DNA from: Octopus sinensis
Lineage: Eukaryota
Length of the DNA: 64,000 nt
NCBI RefSeq assembly: GCF_006345805.1
Contig: NC_043001.1
Span: 91,574,001-91,638,000 of the forward strand
Reading direction: 5' to 3'
The position numbers and the translations under genes are program-made. Under the pieces are notes generated by a model that was not told where the DNA came from, did not search any database, and saw only the letters and a list, made by a program, of their open reading frames with translations. Shown piece by piece: positions 25,704 to 37,484 of the stretch (position 1 is the stretch's first letter; each line of letters starts with the position of its first letter).

Positions 25704-25926
25704 AGACGGACGGACGGACGCTAGTCAAATGGGCTCCACGTAAGTTGGTCATTTTGTACGTTGAAAATTATTTATTGTGAAATATTTTGTGTTTAAAAGT
25801 TGTGCAACAACATCCACTGTAAACCTTTGATAAATATCTACACAAAATTTTGCCCCTTGTGGGCAAAATTTAAAAGAAAAAATTCTCATAGCCTTCGTGG
25901 TTTCATTTAGCCATTTTATTTCCAAA

Positions 25927-26283
25927 ATGGCCGCTGGTCACCACGAGGCTGAGGTGCAAGTCAACCGTGACGCAGAGGCAGAAAAACAGGATGCTCTGTT
26001 ACCTTACGCTGAACCTGACAACTCCGCCACCATCAACATCGACAACAGCAACAAATACAAAACAAAGGTCGCAAGGCCAAGCACCGTCAACACCATCAGT
26101 GAGTCCACCACCACCACCAACACCGACAACAACACCATGGCAGAATCTGCTACTAAAACTGCTATCCCTACTAAAGACGTCGCCACCAATAACAATACCA
26201 ACATCACCATCACCGCCACCAAAGACCGTGCCGTCAATGCTACTAATACTACTAACACCACCGCCGTCACCAAGAACGACAAT

Positions 26284-26339
<56 letters not shown>

Positions 26340-28057
26340 CGACGACGACGACAACAACAATTCCCTTCAACCACTGCTCACTCCATCACCAACAAGTGAA
26401 AAAATAACGACGACAAGCAAACGAAATGCCGAAATTTGCGCTAATGCAGGACTAAATTACGCAGGCAATTTTCCACCCCTTGCTAGTTGCATAATCAGCA
26501 ACCACAAACCTACAACCCACACCCCTGCCATCAACATCAACAGTAACAACAATAACAAAACAACAACAAACTTCGCCGAGGCGATAAAAGAAAAGGTAAC
26601 AAAAGTTTCGTTTACTACACAACAGATTAAAGATTGCAGAAACCTTATTACAAATCAAAACGGAAAATACTCTTACACATACCTCAGCACATACTGAATG
26701 AGGAGAAAAAAAAGACAATTGTATATAAAATCACAAATAAAAAAAACAAAAAGTCCAGAAAAGGCAAGCACAGACAAAGTCGAAAAGTGCTTACGCCCCA
26801 TCTGGGGATACAAGGATTGTGTGACTTGGGCGAACAAGTTCGCACACGTACAGGTGGTTTTTCAGAATGAAGAGTTGGCGAAGAAATTCTCAACGATAAC
26901 CCTTCATTCTGATGAACTAACGTTGACACCGAGTTACCTCGGCCAGAAGGTGACGAAAGTCATTATCAGTGGTGTCCCCCAAGTGACTACAACACTGTGG
27001 ATTACATCCGCCGTAACATCCGAAATGGAGGACATAAACATCCTAGATATCGGTGTTTCGGAAAACAAGGACTGGCTGGGAAGAGAATAGAGTTCCTCTT
27101 CCACATAAGTCAAGAGGACATAAATAAAATCCCCACCCACGTACATCTTGAGGATGGCCGCAAGTTATACGTAGTAGTCGAGGGCAGAAGGCCACGATGC
27201 TATACATGTGGCAGTGAGGCACACCTCAAAAAGGAGTGCAAATCTGCCGCAAAATTACAACAACAACAGCCACAGGAAAAATCACAAAAGCCAGGATTAT
27301 TGCCCACACCACAATATGGACAGCTAGTCAAGAAGCTGTATGCGGAAATGCAGGAAAAACAACAAAGAACAACCAACCAACCAAACAACACCAACACCAG
27401 CGCCAAGAACAGAATCATCACCACCAACAACAAATAAACCAATTCCAACACCAAGAATAACAACGAAGAAGACAAGCACCAAGGATGTAGGAGAGACAAT
27501 AACCACAACAAACCCCCCAGCAACACCCTCCCCGCGCACCACAACAATATCTACAACCGCACAAACACACCCAGACGCTTTACCCTTGCCCCCTGCTGAT
27601 TCGTCAGACTTTTCATCTAACGATGAAAGTTCGACAGAATGGCAAATAGCCACAGGGGGTAAAAGAAAAAGATCAAGAAAAACCAAACAAGAAATCGCAA
27701 CCAAAGCAGGGAGATACCTGAACCCTGAAAACTCCATACACAACAAAACAAGCACCAACACCACAAAAACAATGCTATCAGCGATAGACACAAAAGACTC
27801 CAAACTAATGGAGTACATCACAGGATACACAAACATTTGTGAAGATGACTTTAAAAATAGCAATCATCCACGCACTACACCACCCAAACACATCAAAATA
27901 CTACTACACATCACACAACACAACACCACAAACTCAAAGCCCTCTTCCCAAATGCTGTAGGGGGTTCCAGAAATATCTGTCCCAAAAACTATATAGAAAC
28001 CTCCTCGAAGACACATCAAAGAACGAGGAAGCCAAAACTTTCGACACAAGTAAGTAA
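25927..28057 (+). pseudogene. LINE ORF1 (nucleic-acid-binding), disrupted by one stop and >=2 frameshifts
   Basis: ATG in AAAATGGCC context; Thr/Asn-rich N-terminus with (AAC)n; RRM-like AHVQVVFQNEELAKKF...KVIISGVP; zinc knuckle CYTCGSEAHLKKEC (CX2CX4HX4C); low-complexity C-terminus. Pieces: 25927-26697, 26698-27090, ~27085-27437, 27340-27960, 27839-28057. Confidence 0.8.
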
Positions 28058-28107
28058 CTCTCTGTACTTTCATTTGTGTGTTTTAAAGCACACACCCCAA
28101 TAGAATC

Positions 28108-31100
28108 ATGGTCAAGATTGGTTGTGTGAATGCGCGTGGCTTGGGGTCTCCTTGGAAACAAGGATACCCCCTAAATGACATCAAGTCACATGATTTGGGA
28201 ATCATAGCCATAAGTGAGACCAGACTCCACGAGCCACGGGCCCTAAAGTCCATGTTTGGCGGACAGTTTAACATTTATTTCGCTCCCTGTCTGCCGAGGA
28301 TGGGCGGTAGTGGCACCGCGGTACTTTTTCACAAGAGCCTGGATCTCGAAGTCAAGACGATATTCGTAGACCCGGAGGGTAGACTGATCGTTCTGGATGT
28401 TGACGGCAGCAATGGGTGCGCTTTTCGACTCGTATCAGTCTACGCACCGACCTTAACAGGTCGGGCGGATTTCTTTCGACGTCTAGAAGTATTCTTGGGA
28501 ACGTCTCGTCCTTTACTCTTAGTGGGGGATTGGAATGCTACCTTGGACACGCATGTAGACTACGTGGGTAGAGACAGAAACAGAAGGGGATGCAAATGCC
28601 TCAGAGACCTGCTCAGACGATTCCAACTGTCTGACAGGTACCGACTCGACCACCCAAATGCACCAACGTGGACATGGAGCAACCGCAGTGGGTCGTCGAG
28701 ATCGTATCTAGATAGGATACTGTGTAGGACAGTAGACAAGGATAACTTAGGATGTCCACAATTCCACACAGTCAGCTACACGGATCACAAATTGGTGACG
28801 TGTACGCTAGACTTAGATAAGGCACATAGACAGGGTCCTGGGTACTGGAAACTGAACGCATCATTCCCGTCCAGACAAGTTTTCAGAGACCGGATTAGCA
28901 CACTAGTAAAGAGGGCTTTGACGGGAGCCATCATCAACAACAAATGGTGGTTTGCCCTCAAGAGAGCAGTAAAAGCAGAAGCGATTAGGTACAGCAAAGC
29001 ACTAGCCATAGATAGAAATAGAGTAGAGGGTGAGCTAGTTAAGAAGCTAGAAGAGGCAATTAGAAGCGGCATCGCATCCGACGTTTTGGCGGCGAGGTTG
29101 GCCCTCGACCAACACTTCAACGCCAAACACGAAGGATGTGCTGTCAGAGCTAGGATGCGTGCTCTAAGGAACGAAGGTGTTGGAGCCGCGAGAGAGGCCC
29201 GGGTGGCAGAGGCGCAACAGGGCAACAAAGCCACCATTCGGTCACTGGTAGATGAACAGGGGCGCGAATTGCTCGAGCCAAGTAAAATGTGTGAGGCCTT
29301 TCAGCAGCATTTTGCCCGACTGTTCGGGACGAGTGGAGGGCAAGAACGTAGGGTAGACTTCAGTGCCTACCTACATAGCCTGCCACGACTCTCGACAAGA
29401 AAGGCAGGGTGCTGCGAAGGTGCCATCACGGCGGCGGAAGTGCGGGAAGCGATGGCAGAATGCTCGAGGGACAAATCACCGGGTTTGGATGGTCTACCCT
29501 ACGAATTTTACTATTGTATGCCAGACTTGTTTGGAGACGTCTTGGCAGCGGTATACTGCAACTGGCAGCAAAACGGGAGCATACCCGGTTTTGTGAGTCG
29601 AGGAGCTGTAACTCTGCTGAAGAAAGATCCAAACAAGGGAAACATTATAGATAACTTTAGGCCAATCACTCTGCTCAATGCAGACCTGAAAATTTTGACA
29701 AAGGTGTTAGCCAAGAGGTTGGCGCTTGTCATGGAGAAACTGGTCGACAACGCACAAACGTGCGCCGTGCCGGGCCGGAGCATCCATGACAACCTCCATC
29801 TGATGCGCTACATCATAGACAGGGTAGTTAACGAACCTGGCATGGGTGGGGCCCTGATCAACTTGGATCAATCGAAAGCCTTTGATAGGGTAGACCATCG
29901 ATACTTGGAGGCAGTCCTGAGAGCGGCTGGTTTCGGTCCCGTCTTCCGCGGCTGGATAGCTGCCTTGTACAGAGGCATCCGTTCGGTAATTCGCGTAAAT
30001 GGACATCTATCGAGACCCTTCGACATTGCACGTTCGGTCCGTCAGGGATGCCCCCTCTCGGCGCTTCTATACGTATTGACTCTTGAGCCACTACTGCGGA
30101 AGCTGGCGACTCTGAGGGGCATCCCGCGAGAATTAGGATGCGGGACGAGCGTGTCTGCATACGCGGACGACGTCACCGTCATAGTGTCAAGCCACGAGCA
30201 CATCGAGCGGGTCGGCGAGACACTGAAAGACTACGAAGCGGTGACAGGAGCAAAAATCAACCGGGAAAAGTCAGTGGGCTTGCGGCTCGGCACCTGGAGA
30301 AGCAAACCCATGCCGTCCACCAGTACCTCCTCGTCGTGGGACGCTGGACAGACGGCCCGGTTGAGTTGCTCGGGGTCTGGTTCGGTCCGGACCTCCAAAT
30401 GGAGAAGAACTGGAACGAGATAACGAGTAGGGTGGTCACTCTCGCCCAGCAATGGGCCGAGAGGAAACTGTCCCTAAAAGGTCGGGCGGAGGTGGTGAAC
30501 GCGTACATCGCGTCCATCATCTACTACCGCCTGACCGTCGTACCTTGTCCCGACCCTACCATCACCAAACTAGAACGCATCCTCTCTCCGCTTCTTGTGG
30601 AAAGGATGCGTCCCGATGGTCAGGCGATCCATTTGCTGTCAACACCCGTTAAAAGGAGGGCTGGGCATGCCGTGGTTGATGATGCGCAGACACGCGCTGA
30701 GACTGCGACATCTCCGGCTCTATGTAGACGACGGTGAACAGGTGTGGTCGCCGTTTGTGAGGCACGCATTCCCGCAACTCGTCTCCATGACCGAACTACA
30801 GTCGTGGATCAAAAAGAGGCCGAAGAAGGGCGAATGGCACCGCGAGTGTCGCGTTGCTCTCAAGCAACTCTGCCGTCCCGGGTCGACCTTGAGTGACTTC
30901 AACACAACCAAAGCATTCTATAGGGGATTAGTGGAGGGGAGGTACGACGACGAGCTCGGGGCAAACCTGGGCGTCGACGAGGAATACCTGACCCGCCTGT
31001 TTCAAACGACTTTCGGCCCGGGACCTATGGACAACTTCCAGAGATCCCTGGCCTGGCGGTGCTACCGAGAAGCGCTACCCGTTCGGGATAAGCTCTATAG

Positions 31101-31548
31101 GCATGGCTCGAGAAACACGGGGCCGACCTGCCCGAGATGCGGGCAGAGCGACGAAACCGCTCTGCACGCAATCGTGCAGTGTCCAGCAATTTCCCACCTG
31201 TGGGCTTATGTCGAACGACTGCTGTCACGTGTGGGACGTGTCGGTTTATCAGCCGAGTCTATCGTTAATATCGTCACGCCTCCTTCCTTCAAACGGGAAG
31301 GAAGAGCTATTTTTATCATACTTGTGGCTATGGCGAAAGAATGTATCTGGTGGACGCGTCTGAAAGGATTAGAGACAAACACTTTCCTCTCTGGTCAATC
31401 TCTCATCAACTTCTTCAAGTATCACTTGAAGAAAAAAGTGAGAGTAGAGAGGCAAGTTTTGTCTAGTGAATGTTTTAAAAAAAGATGGGTGAATGTAGCA
31501 AGGATGGCACGTATGAATGACGAAGCCACCTTGACTATGATTCTATGA
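28108..31548 (+). pseudogene. LINE ORF2 (APE endonuclease plus reverse transcriptase), two frameshifts (~30330, ~30590)
   Basis: APE motifs NARGL, ISET, VYAP, GDWN, SYLDRI, TDH; RT motifs KSPGLDG, NFRPITLLN, LDQSKAFDRV, SVRQGCPLS, YADD; LLGVWF; C-terminal CPRCGQSDETALHAIVQC. About 1146 aa if the frameshifts are repaired. Confidence 0.93.
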
Positions 31549-31581
31549 ACCGTAAAAATTAATACAGAGAGTTGCTTATTT

Positions 31582-31614
<33 letters not shown>

Positions 31615-32015
31615 AATAAACATGTGACTTCATTGACCGAGGTTACCGTGGTCTTTTCCGTAGGCTTTTCTTTCCACGGGTAAACCTCACCTGTCCCCCC
31701 TTTACACTTCATATTGACATTTCTGTGATAACGATCCCTATTGATCATTTTTTTCCTCTCCCCCTTTTTTTTTAACCCCCCCTTTTTTTTGTCCTCTTTC
31801 TCTCCTTTTACGATCCCTTTTGATCGACCCCCCCTTTTTTTTTATTTTATTTTTATTTTATTTTATTTTTTTCTTATTTTTTTTTTTTTTTATTTTTATT
31901 TATTTATTTATTTTTTTAAAATTTTTTTTAAACCTTCAAAAGAAAAGCTCTACCTTGTAATTTGTTCTATCTGTGTGCAGCCCTGTGTGGCTAATAAAGA
32001 AACATATCTATCTAT

Positions 32016-32328
32016 AGAGTTACTTACTTGCAAATAAATGTGCTAACATGTGACATTTTTGACCGATGTTACCGTGGTCTTTTCCGTAGGCTTTTCTTTC
32101 CACTGATAAACCTTATCTGCTTCCCCCTTAACACTTTACATTATGACATTTCTGTGATACACGATCCCTATTGATCGATTTTTTTCTTTCTCTTTACGAT
32201 CCCTTTTGATCGAAACCTACCCCCTTTTTACTTTTCGTTTTCTTTTCATTTTTTTTCTTCCCCAAAAGAAAAGCTCTACTTTGTAATTTGTTCCCTGTGT
32301 TCAGTCCTGTGTGGCTAATAAAGAAACA
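32016..32328 (+). mobile_element. Second, 5'-truncated 3'-UTR-only copy of the Tx1-like LINE
   Basis: Colinear with 31568-32004 but with many substitutions and indels; ends GTGTGGCTAATAAAGAAACA followed by (TATC)n at 32329-32383. Confidence 0.88.
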
Positions 32329-32383
<55 letters not shown>

Positions 32384-32849
32384 TTCTTCCTTCCTTCTTT
32401 TCTTCCTTTTCTTATATTTTAGTCGAAGTTTTTTTTTCACTCGCAGTAAATATTTTCGAGTAGCATTCGTAAACAGAACGTCGTTGATTGGTCATTTTTA
32501 GTGTGACGTCACACAGTTTGAAAGCTCCTGTGTCGGGGGAGTGGGAGTGGTGTTGAGGTGCAGTATATTAAACGACCGAGTGCAAAAATCTGTGTGTGAG
32601 TATGTGTGTGTGCGTATATGTATGTGTATATATGTATGTGTGTATGTACATATGTGAGTGTATATGATTGGGTGGGTAAGATGGAAATTAGAGGGAGAAG
32701 GGGAAAGAGAAGAAACAAAATAAATGGCAACGGTGACAAAAAAAGGAGACTATCATACATACACACACGCACACACACACGTATACACATACGTATACAC
32801 ACACACGTATACACACATCCTTACGCACATATATATACGCACACATATA

Positions 32850-33020
32850 CAGTACTGCTACTACTACAACTAGTAGTAGTAGTAGTGTAGTAGTAGTAGT
32901 AGTAGTAGTAGTGTAGTAGTAGTAGTAGAAATGGTGATGGTGGTGGTGATGATAATGATGGCAGCGGTCGTTGTGACGTGGTAACATGATAGCAGGAGGA
33001 GGAGATGGTAATGATGGTGG

Positions 33021-33072
<52 letters not shown>

Positions 33073-35520
33073 GAAGAAGAAGAAGAAGAAGAAGAAGAAG
33101 AAGGAGGAGGAGGAGGAGGAGGAGGAGGTTGTGCTGTAGTGGGAGTAGGAGTAAGAGTAGGAGGAGAAGGTGTTGCACTGGTTCTGTCTTCATACGTAAC
33201 AGTCATTCAACCAATAAATAGCGTTGCTGATGTTCCTGTTATTACGCCGACATTTTGTGGCTACTGTTTTTGTTACTGCAGTTGTTGTTATCGCTTTTGT
33301 GGCTGCTGTTGTTGTTGTTATTATTGCTTTCCTTGTTGCTGCAGTTGTTGTTGTTGTTGTTAATGTTGTTGCTTTTGTTGCAGTTGTTGTTTTCTATCGT
33401 AGTCAGAGAAAGAGTAATTGTGATGGCGGTTATTAATGCTGCCGTTGTTGTTGTTGCTGTTGCTGCAGTTGTTGTTGATGTCGTTGTTGTTGTTGTTGGA
33501 GGTTGTGGTGGTGGTGATTGTGATGGTATCGTTGCCTTTGGTAGAAACAGTAAGAGCAAACCTTAGTATGATGTTTGTCGTACTAAAGGAGTTGGTACGA
33601 GCGTTGGTGGTGATGATGGTGGTGGAGGTAGTGGTGGTGGTGGTGGTGGTGATGGTAGTGTTGGTGCTGGTTGTGGTGATGGTGGTGGTGGTTATGGTAG
33701 TGATGGTAGTGTTGGTGTCGGTGGTGGTAGTGGTGGTGGTGATGGTGGTGGTGGTTATGGTGGTGATGGTAGCGTTGGTGTTGGTGGTGGTAGTGGTGGT
33801 GGTGGTGGTAGTGGTGGGGGTGGTGATGGTGGTTGTGGTGCTGGAGGTGGTGGTATGGTGGTGATGTTCGCGATAATAGTGGTGCAGATGGTATTCAAGG
33901 ACGTGGTGGGACTGGGGTTGGTGATGAAGGCATTGGTGGTGGTTGTGGTGGTGTTACTAATGATAAATGGTTGTGATAGTAGTAGTTGCAGTAAGAGTGG
34001 TACGAATGATAAAGATGATGATAATGATAATAATGACGATGATGCTGATGATTGTGGCGTTGGCAGAGGTTGTGCAGGTACTGTTGCTGTAGTGGTGCTG
34101 AGTGTATTGGTCGTGGTAGCGGTGGTTGTGGTTGGAGGCTGCGGTGGTTGTGGTAGTGGCGGAGAGTGTAGGTTTAGTGGTAGTTGTGGTTGTCAAAGTT
34201 GTCGTCGTGGCAGTCGAGTGTTAGAAATTGTGGTGTTGGCAATGGTGTGTGGTGAGATAACGGTTGGAATGGTGGCAGTTGCCATGATAGTACACGTGTT
34301 GCTTGCATCGGTGTAAGTAATATGAAAAAGGTGGTGGTGGTGGATTCGGAAGTGGTGAAGATATTTGTGATGATGATGATGGTGATGATGATGATAATAA
34401 GGATGTTGGTGGTAGTGGTGGTGGAGGTAGTGGTGGTGGTGGTGTGGTGGTGGTGGTGGTGGTGGTGATGATGATGATGATGATGCCAATAGTATTTGTG
34501 ATGGTAGTGCTGGAGGGGTGTTGCTAGTGGTATTTGTAATGGTTGTGGTATTACTTATGATGGCGTATGTGATAGTAGTGTTTGTGACGGTGGTGGTGTT
34601 GCTGATAGCTTATGAGATGGGGAGGGGTGATTTCGATGGTGTTTGTGGTGATGCTGTCATTATCAATGGTGGTAGTGTTTGTGGTGGTGGTGGTAGTCGA
34701 ATCGTGGTGGTGGTGTGTCTAGTAATGATGGTGGTGAGGGTAATGTTTGTAGTGGTATCTGTGGTAGTGCAGGTGGTGGTAAAGGTGTTTGTGTTGGTGA
34801 TGGTAGTGGTGTTTGTGGTGGTGGTGGTAGTAGTGGTGTTTGTAGTGATGGTGGTGCTGTTGGTAGTGGTAGTGGTGTTTGCGGTGGTGTTTGTAGTGAT
34901 GGTGGTGGTGGTAGTGGTGTCGTGGTGGTGGTGGTAGTAGTGTTTGCGGTGGTGGTTGTAGTGATGGTGGTGATGTTGGTGGTGGTAGTGGTGTTTGCGG
35001 TGGTGTTTGTAGTGATCGTGGTGGTGGTGGTGGTTTCGTGTTGGTGGTGATAGTGGTGTTTGCGGTGATGTTTGTAGTGATGGTGGTGGTGTTAGTGGTG
35101 TCGTGGTGGTGGTGGTGGTAGTGGTGTTTGCGGTGGTGTTTGTAGTGATGGTGGTGGTGTTAGTGGTGTCGTGGTGGTGGTGGTAGTGGTGTTTGCGGTG
35201 GTGTTTGTAGTGATGGTGGTGGTGTTGGTGGTATTGTGGTGGTGGTGTTTGCGGCCGTGTTTGTGGTAGTTGTGGTGGTGGTGATGGTATGGTAATGGTA
35301 TTTGTGGTGTTATTGGTAATATTTGTGGTGGTCGCGGTAATGATGTTTGTGATGCTGGTGATGTTGTTGATCGCTATTTTTTACGATGGTGATGTTTCTT
35401 GTGATGGTGTTTGTAACAGTGGTGGTGTTACGAGTAGTGGTGCTGCTTGTGATGGCGTCGGTGTTTGTGGAAGTGTTGTTGTTTCTAACAGCGTTCCAGA
35501 TTTTAGAGTTTGTTGATGAG
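32850..35520. repeat. Extended GT-rich trinucleotide low-complexity block (GTA, GAT, GAA, GGA, GTT, GTG)
   Basis: Directly visible; source of the poly-V/T/H ORFs. Confidence 0.9.
34865..35255. repeat. Degenerate ~65-bp minisatellite (about 6-7 units)
   Basis: Anchor TTTGCGG recurs at spacings 65, 51, 65, 68, 65 and 56 nt. Confidence 0.8.
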
Positions 35521-35738
35521 GATGACGTTGCTGTTAAGTTGTTGATGTCACAGCTGCAACCGTAAGGGCAGATATGATGGTGATAGAAATAGTTGGTGCT
35601 AATTGAGTCTATTTTCTGATAATGGTCTTAAGATTTCGGTGATGTTGTCACCATCAACATCGTTGTCGTCATCTTCATTGTGACCATTCTTGTTATCAAC
35701 ATAGCATGTGTTAATGTCAGAATTAGAAGCCATGCCAG

Positions 35739-36206
35739 GGCGGTGAGCTGGCAGAATCGTTAACACGCCGGGCGAAATGCTTAGCGGTATTTCGTCTGCC
35801 GCTACGTTCTGAGTTCAAATTCCGCCGAGGTCGACTTTGCCTTTCATCCGTTCGGGTCGATTAAATAAGTACCAGTTACGCACTGGGGTCGATATAGTCG
35901 ACTTAATCCGTGTGTCTGTCCTTGTTTGTCCTCTCTGTGTTTAGCCCTTGTGGGTAGTAAAGAAATAGGTATTTCGTCTGCCGTTACGTTATTGTGTGCA
36001 ATAAAGAAATAAGAATTGCTAAGTACGCAGGACAAACTGCTTAGCGGTATTTCTCCGTCTTTACGATCTAAGTTCAAATTCCGTCGACTTTGCCTATCAT
36101 CGTTTCGAAGTCGATAAAAGTAATACCAGTTGAGCACTGGGGTTGATGTAATCAACTTCCTTCTTCCCCCCGAAGTTGGTTGCTTTATGCCAAAATCTGA
36201 AACCAA
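35739..36206 (+). mobile_element. Composite family-B SINE (young tailed unit plus older unit) with 18-bp TSD
   Basis: Flanked by AATTAGAAGCCATGCCAG (35721-35738) and AATTAGAAGCCATTCCAG (36207-36224). Confidence 0.85.
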
Positions 36207-36405
36207 AATTAGAAGCCATTCCAGCCTGACTAAAGACAGATGCTACATCATTTTTAGAAATCTATTCTAAGAATAATTGAATCATGAACTGCAAATCGGT
36301 AAACAAAATGCTGGTTCTTGCGTCTTGGCCTTCAATGCGCCAACAGCTCAACAATCGAGCCAAAGTGGGTTTCCTCGAAAAAACACTATGTGTTTGTCAT
36401 GGAAT

Positions 36406-36505
36406 NNNNNNNNNNNNNNNNNNNNNNNNNNNNNNNNNNNNNNNNNNNNNNNNNNNNNNNNNNNNNNNNNNNNNNNNNNNNNNNNNNNNNNNNNNNNNNN
36501 NNNNN
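36406..36505. other. Assembly gap (100 N)
   Basis: Run of exactly 100 N. Confidence 0.99.
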
Positions 36506-37484
36506 GGTGGTGTGTTACGAGTAGTGTGCTGCTTGTGATGGCGTCGGTGTGTTTGTGGAAGTGTTGTTGTTTCTAACAGCGTTCCAGATTTTAGAGTTTG
36601 TTGATGGGGATGACGTTGCTGTAAGTTGTGATGTCACAGCTGCAACCGTAGGGCAGATATGATGGTGATAGAAATAGTTGGTGCTAATTGAGTCTATTTT
36701 CTGATAATGGTCTTAAGATTTCGGTGATGTTGTCACCATCAACATCGTTGTCGTCATCTTCATTGTGACCATTCTTGTTATCAACATAGCATGTGTTAAT
36801 GTCAGAATTAGAAGCCATGCCAGGGCGGTGAGCTGGCAGAATCGTTAACACGCCGGGCGAAAATGCTTAGCGGTATTCGTCTGCCTTTACGTTCTGAGTT
36901 CAAATTCCGCCGAGGTCGACTTTGCCTTTCATCCGTTCGGGGTCGATTAAATAAGTACCAGTTACGCACTGGGGTCGATATAGTCGACTTAATCCGTGTG
37001 TCTGTCCTTGTTTGTCCTCTCTGTGTTTAGCCCTTGGGGTAGTAAAGAAATAGTATTTCGTCTGCCGTTACGTTATTGTGTGCAATAAAGAAATAAGAAT
37101 TGCTACGTACGGGACAAACTGCTTAGCGTATTCTCCGTCTTTACGATCTAAGTTCAAATTCCGTCGACTTTGCCTATCATCGTTTCGAAGTCGATAAAAG
37201 TAATACCAGTTGAGCACTGGGGTTGATGTAATCAACTTCCTTCTTCCCCCCGAAGTGGTTGCTTTATGCCAAAATCTGAAACCAAAATTAGAAGCCATTC
37301 CAGCCTGACTAAAGACAGATGCTACATCATTTTTAGAAATCTATTCTAAGAATAATTGAATCATGAACTGCAAATCGGTAAACAAAATGCTGGTTCTTGC
37401 GTCTTGGCCTTCAATGCGCCAACAGCTCAACAATCGAGCCAAAGTGGGTTTCCTCGAAAAAACACTATGTGTTTGTCATGGAAT
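36506..37484 (+). repeat. Near-identical direct copy of 35421-36405 across the gap
   Basis: About 980 bp; differences are mostly single-base indels. Confidence 0.92.

Larger units (their letters stand above)
25704..32004 (+). mobile_element. Near-full-length Tx1/L1-clade non-LTR retrotransposon (5' boundary uncertain, 25704-25880)
   Basis: Two ORFs (CCHC-knuckle ORF1; APE endonuclease, RT and C-terminal CxxC..H..C ORF2), pyrimidine-rich 3' UTR, AATAAA at 31993 and a TATC repeat at the 3' junction. Confidence 0.93.

Noticed and set aside
28048-28090. GTAAGT...TTTTAAAG between ORF1 and ORF2 as a mini-intron fusing the ORFs
   Set aside because: About 39 nt is too short for a typical spliceosomal intron, and ORF2 has its own ATG.
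34865-35255. Regularly spaced repeats as a CRISPR-like array
   Set aside because: Eukaryotic context; the 'spacers' are themselves repeated GTG-rich sequence; no cas genes.
33430-35520. Possible mucin-like Thr/Pro-rich exon on the minus strand
   Set aside because: Repeat unit spacings (65, 65, 68, 65, 56) are mostly not multiples of 3, so no frame is conserved; no splice evidence.
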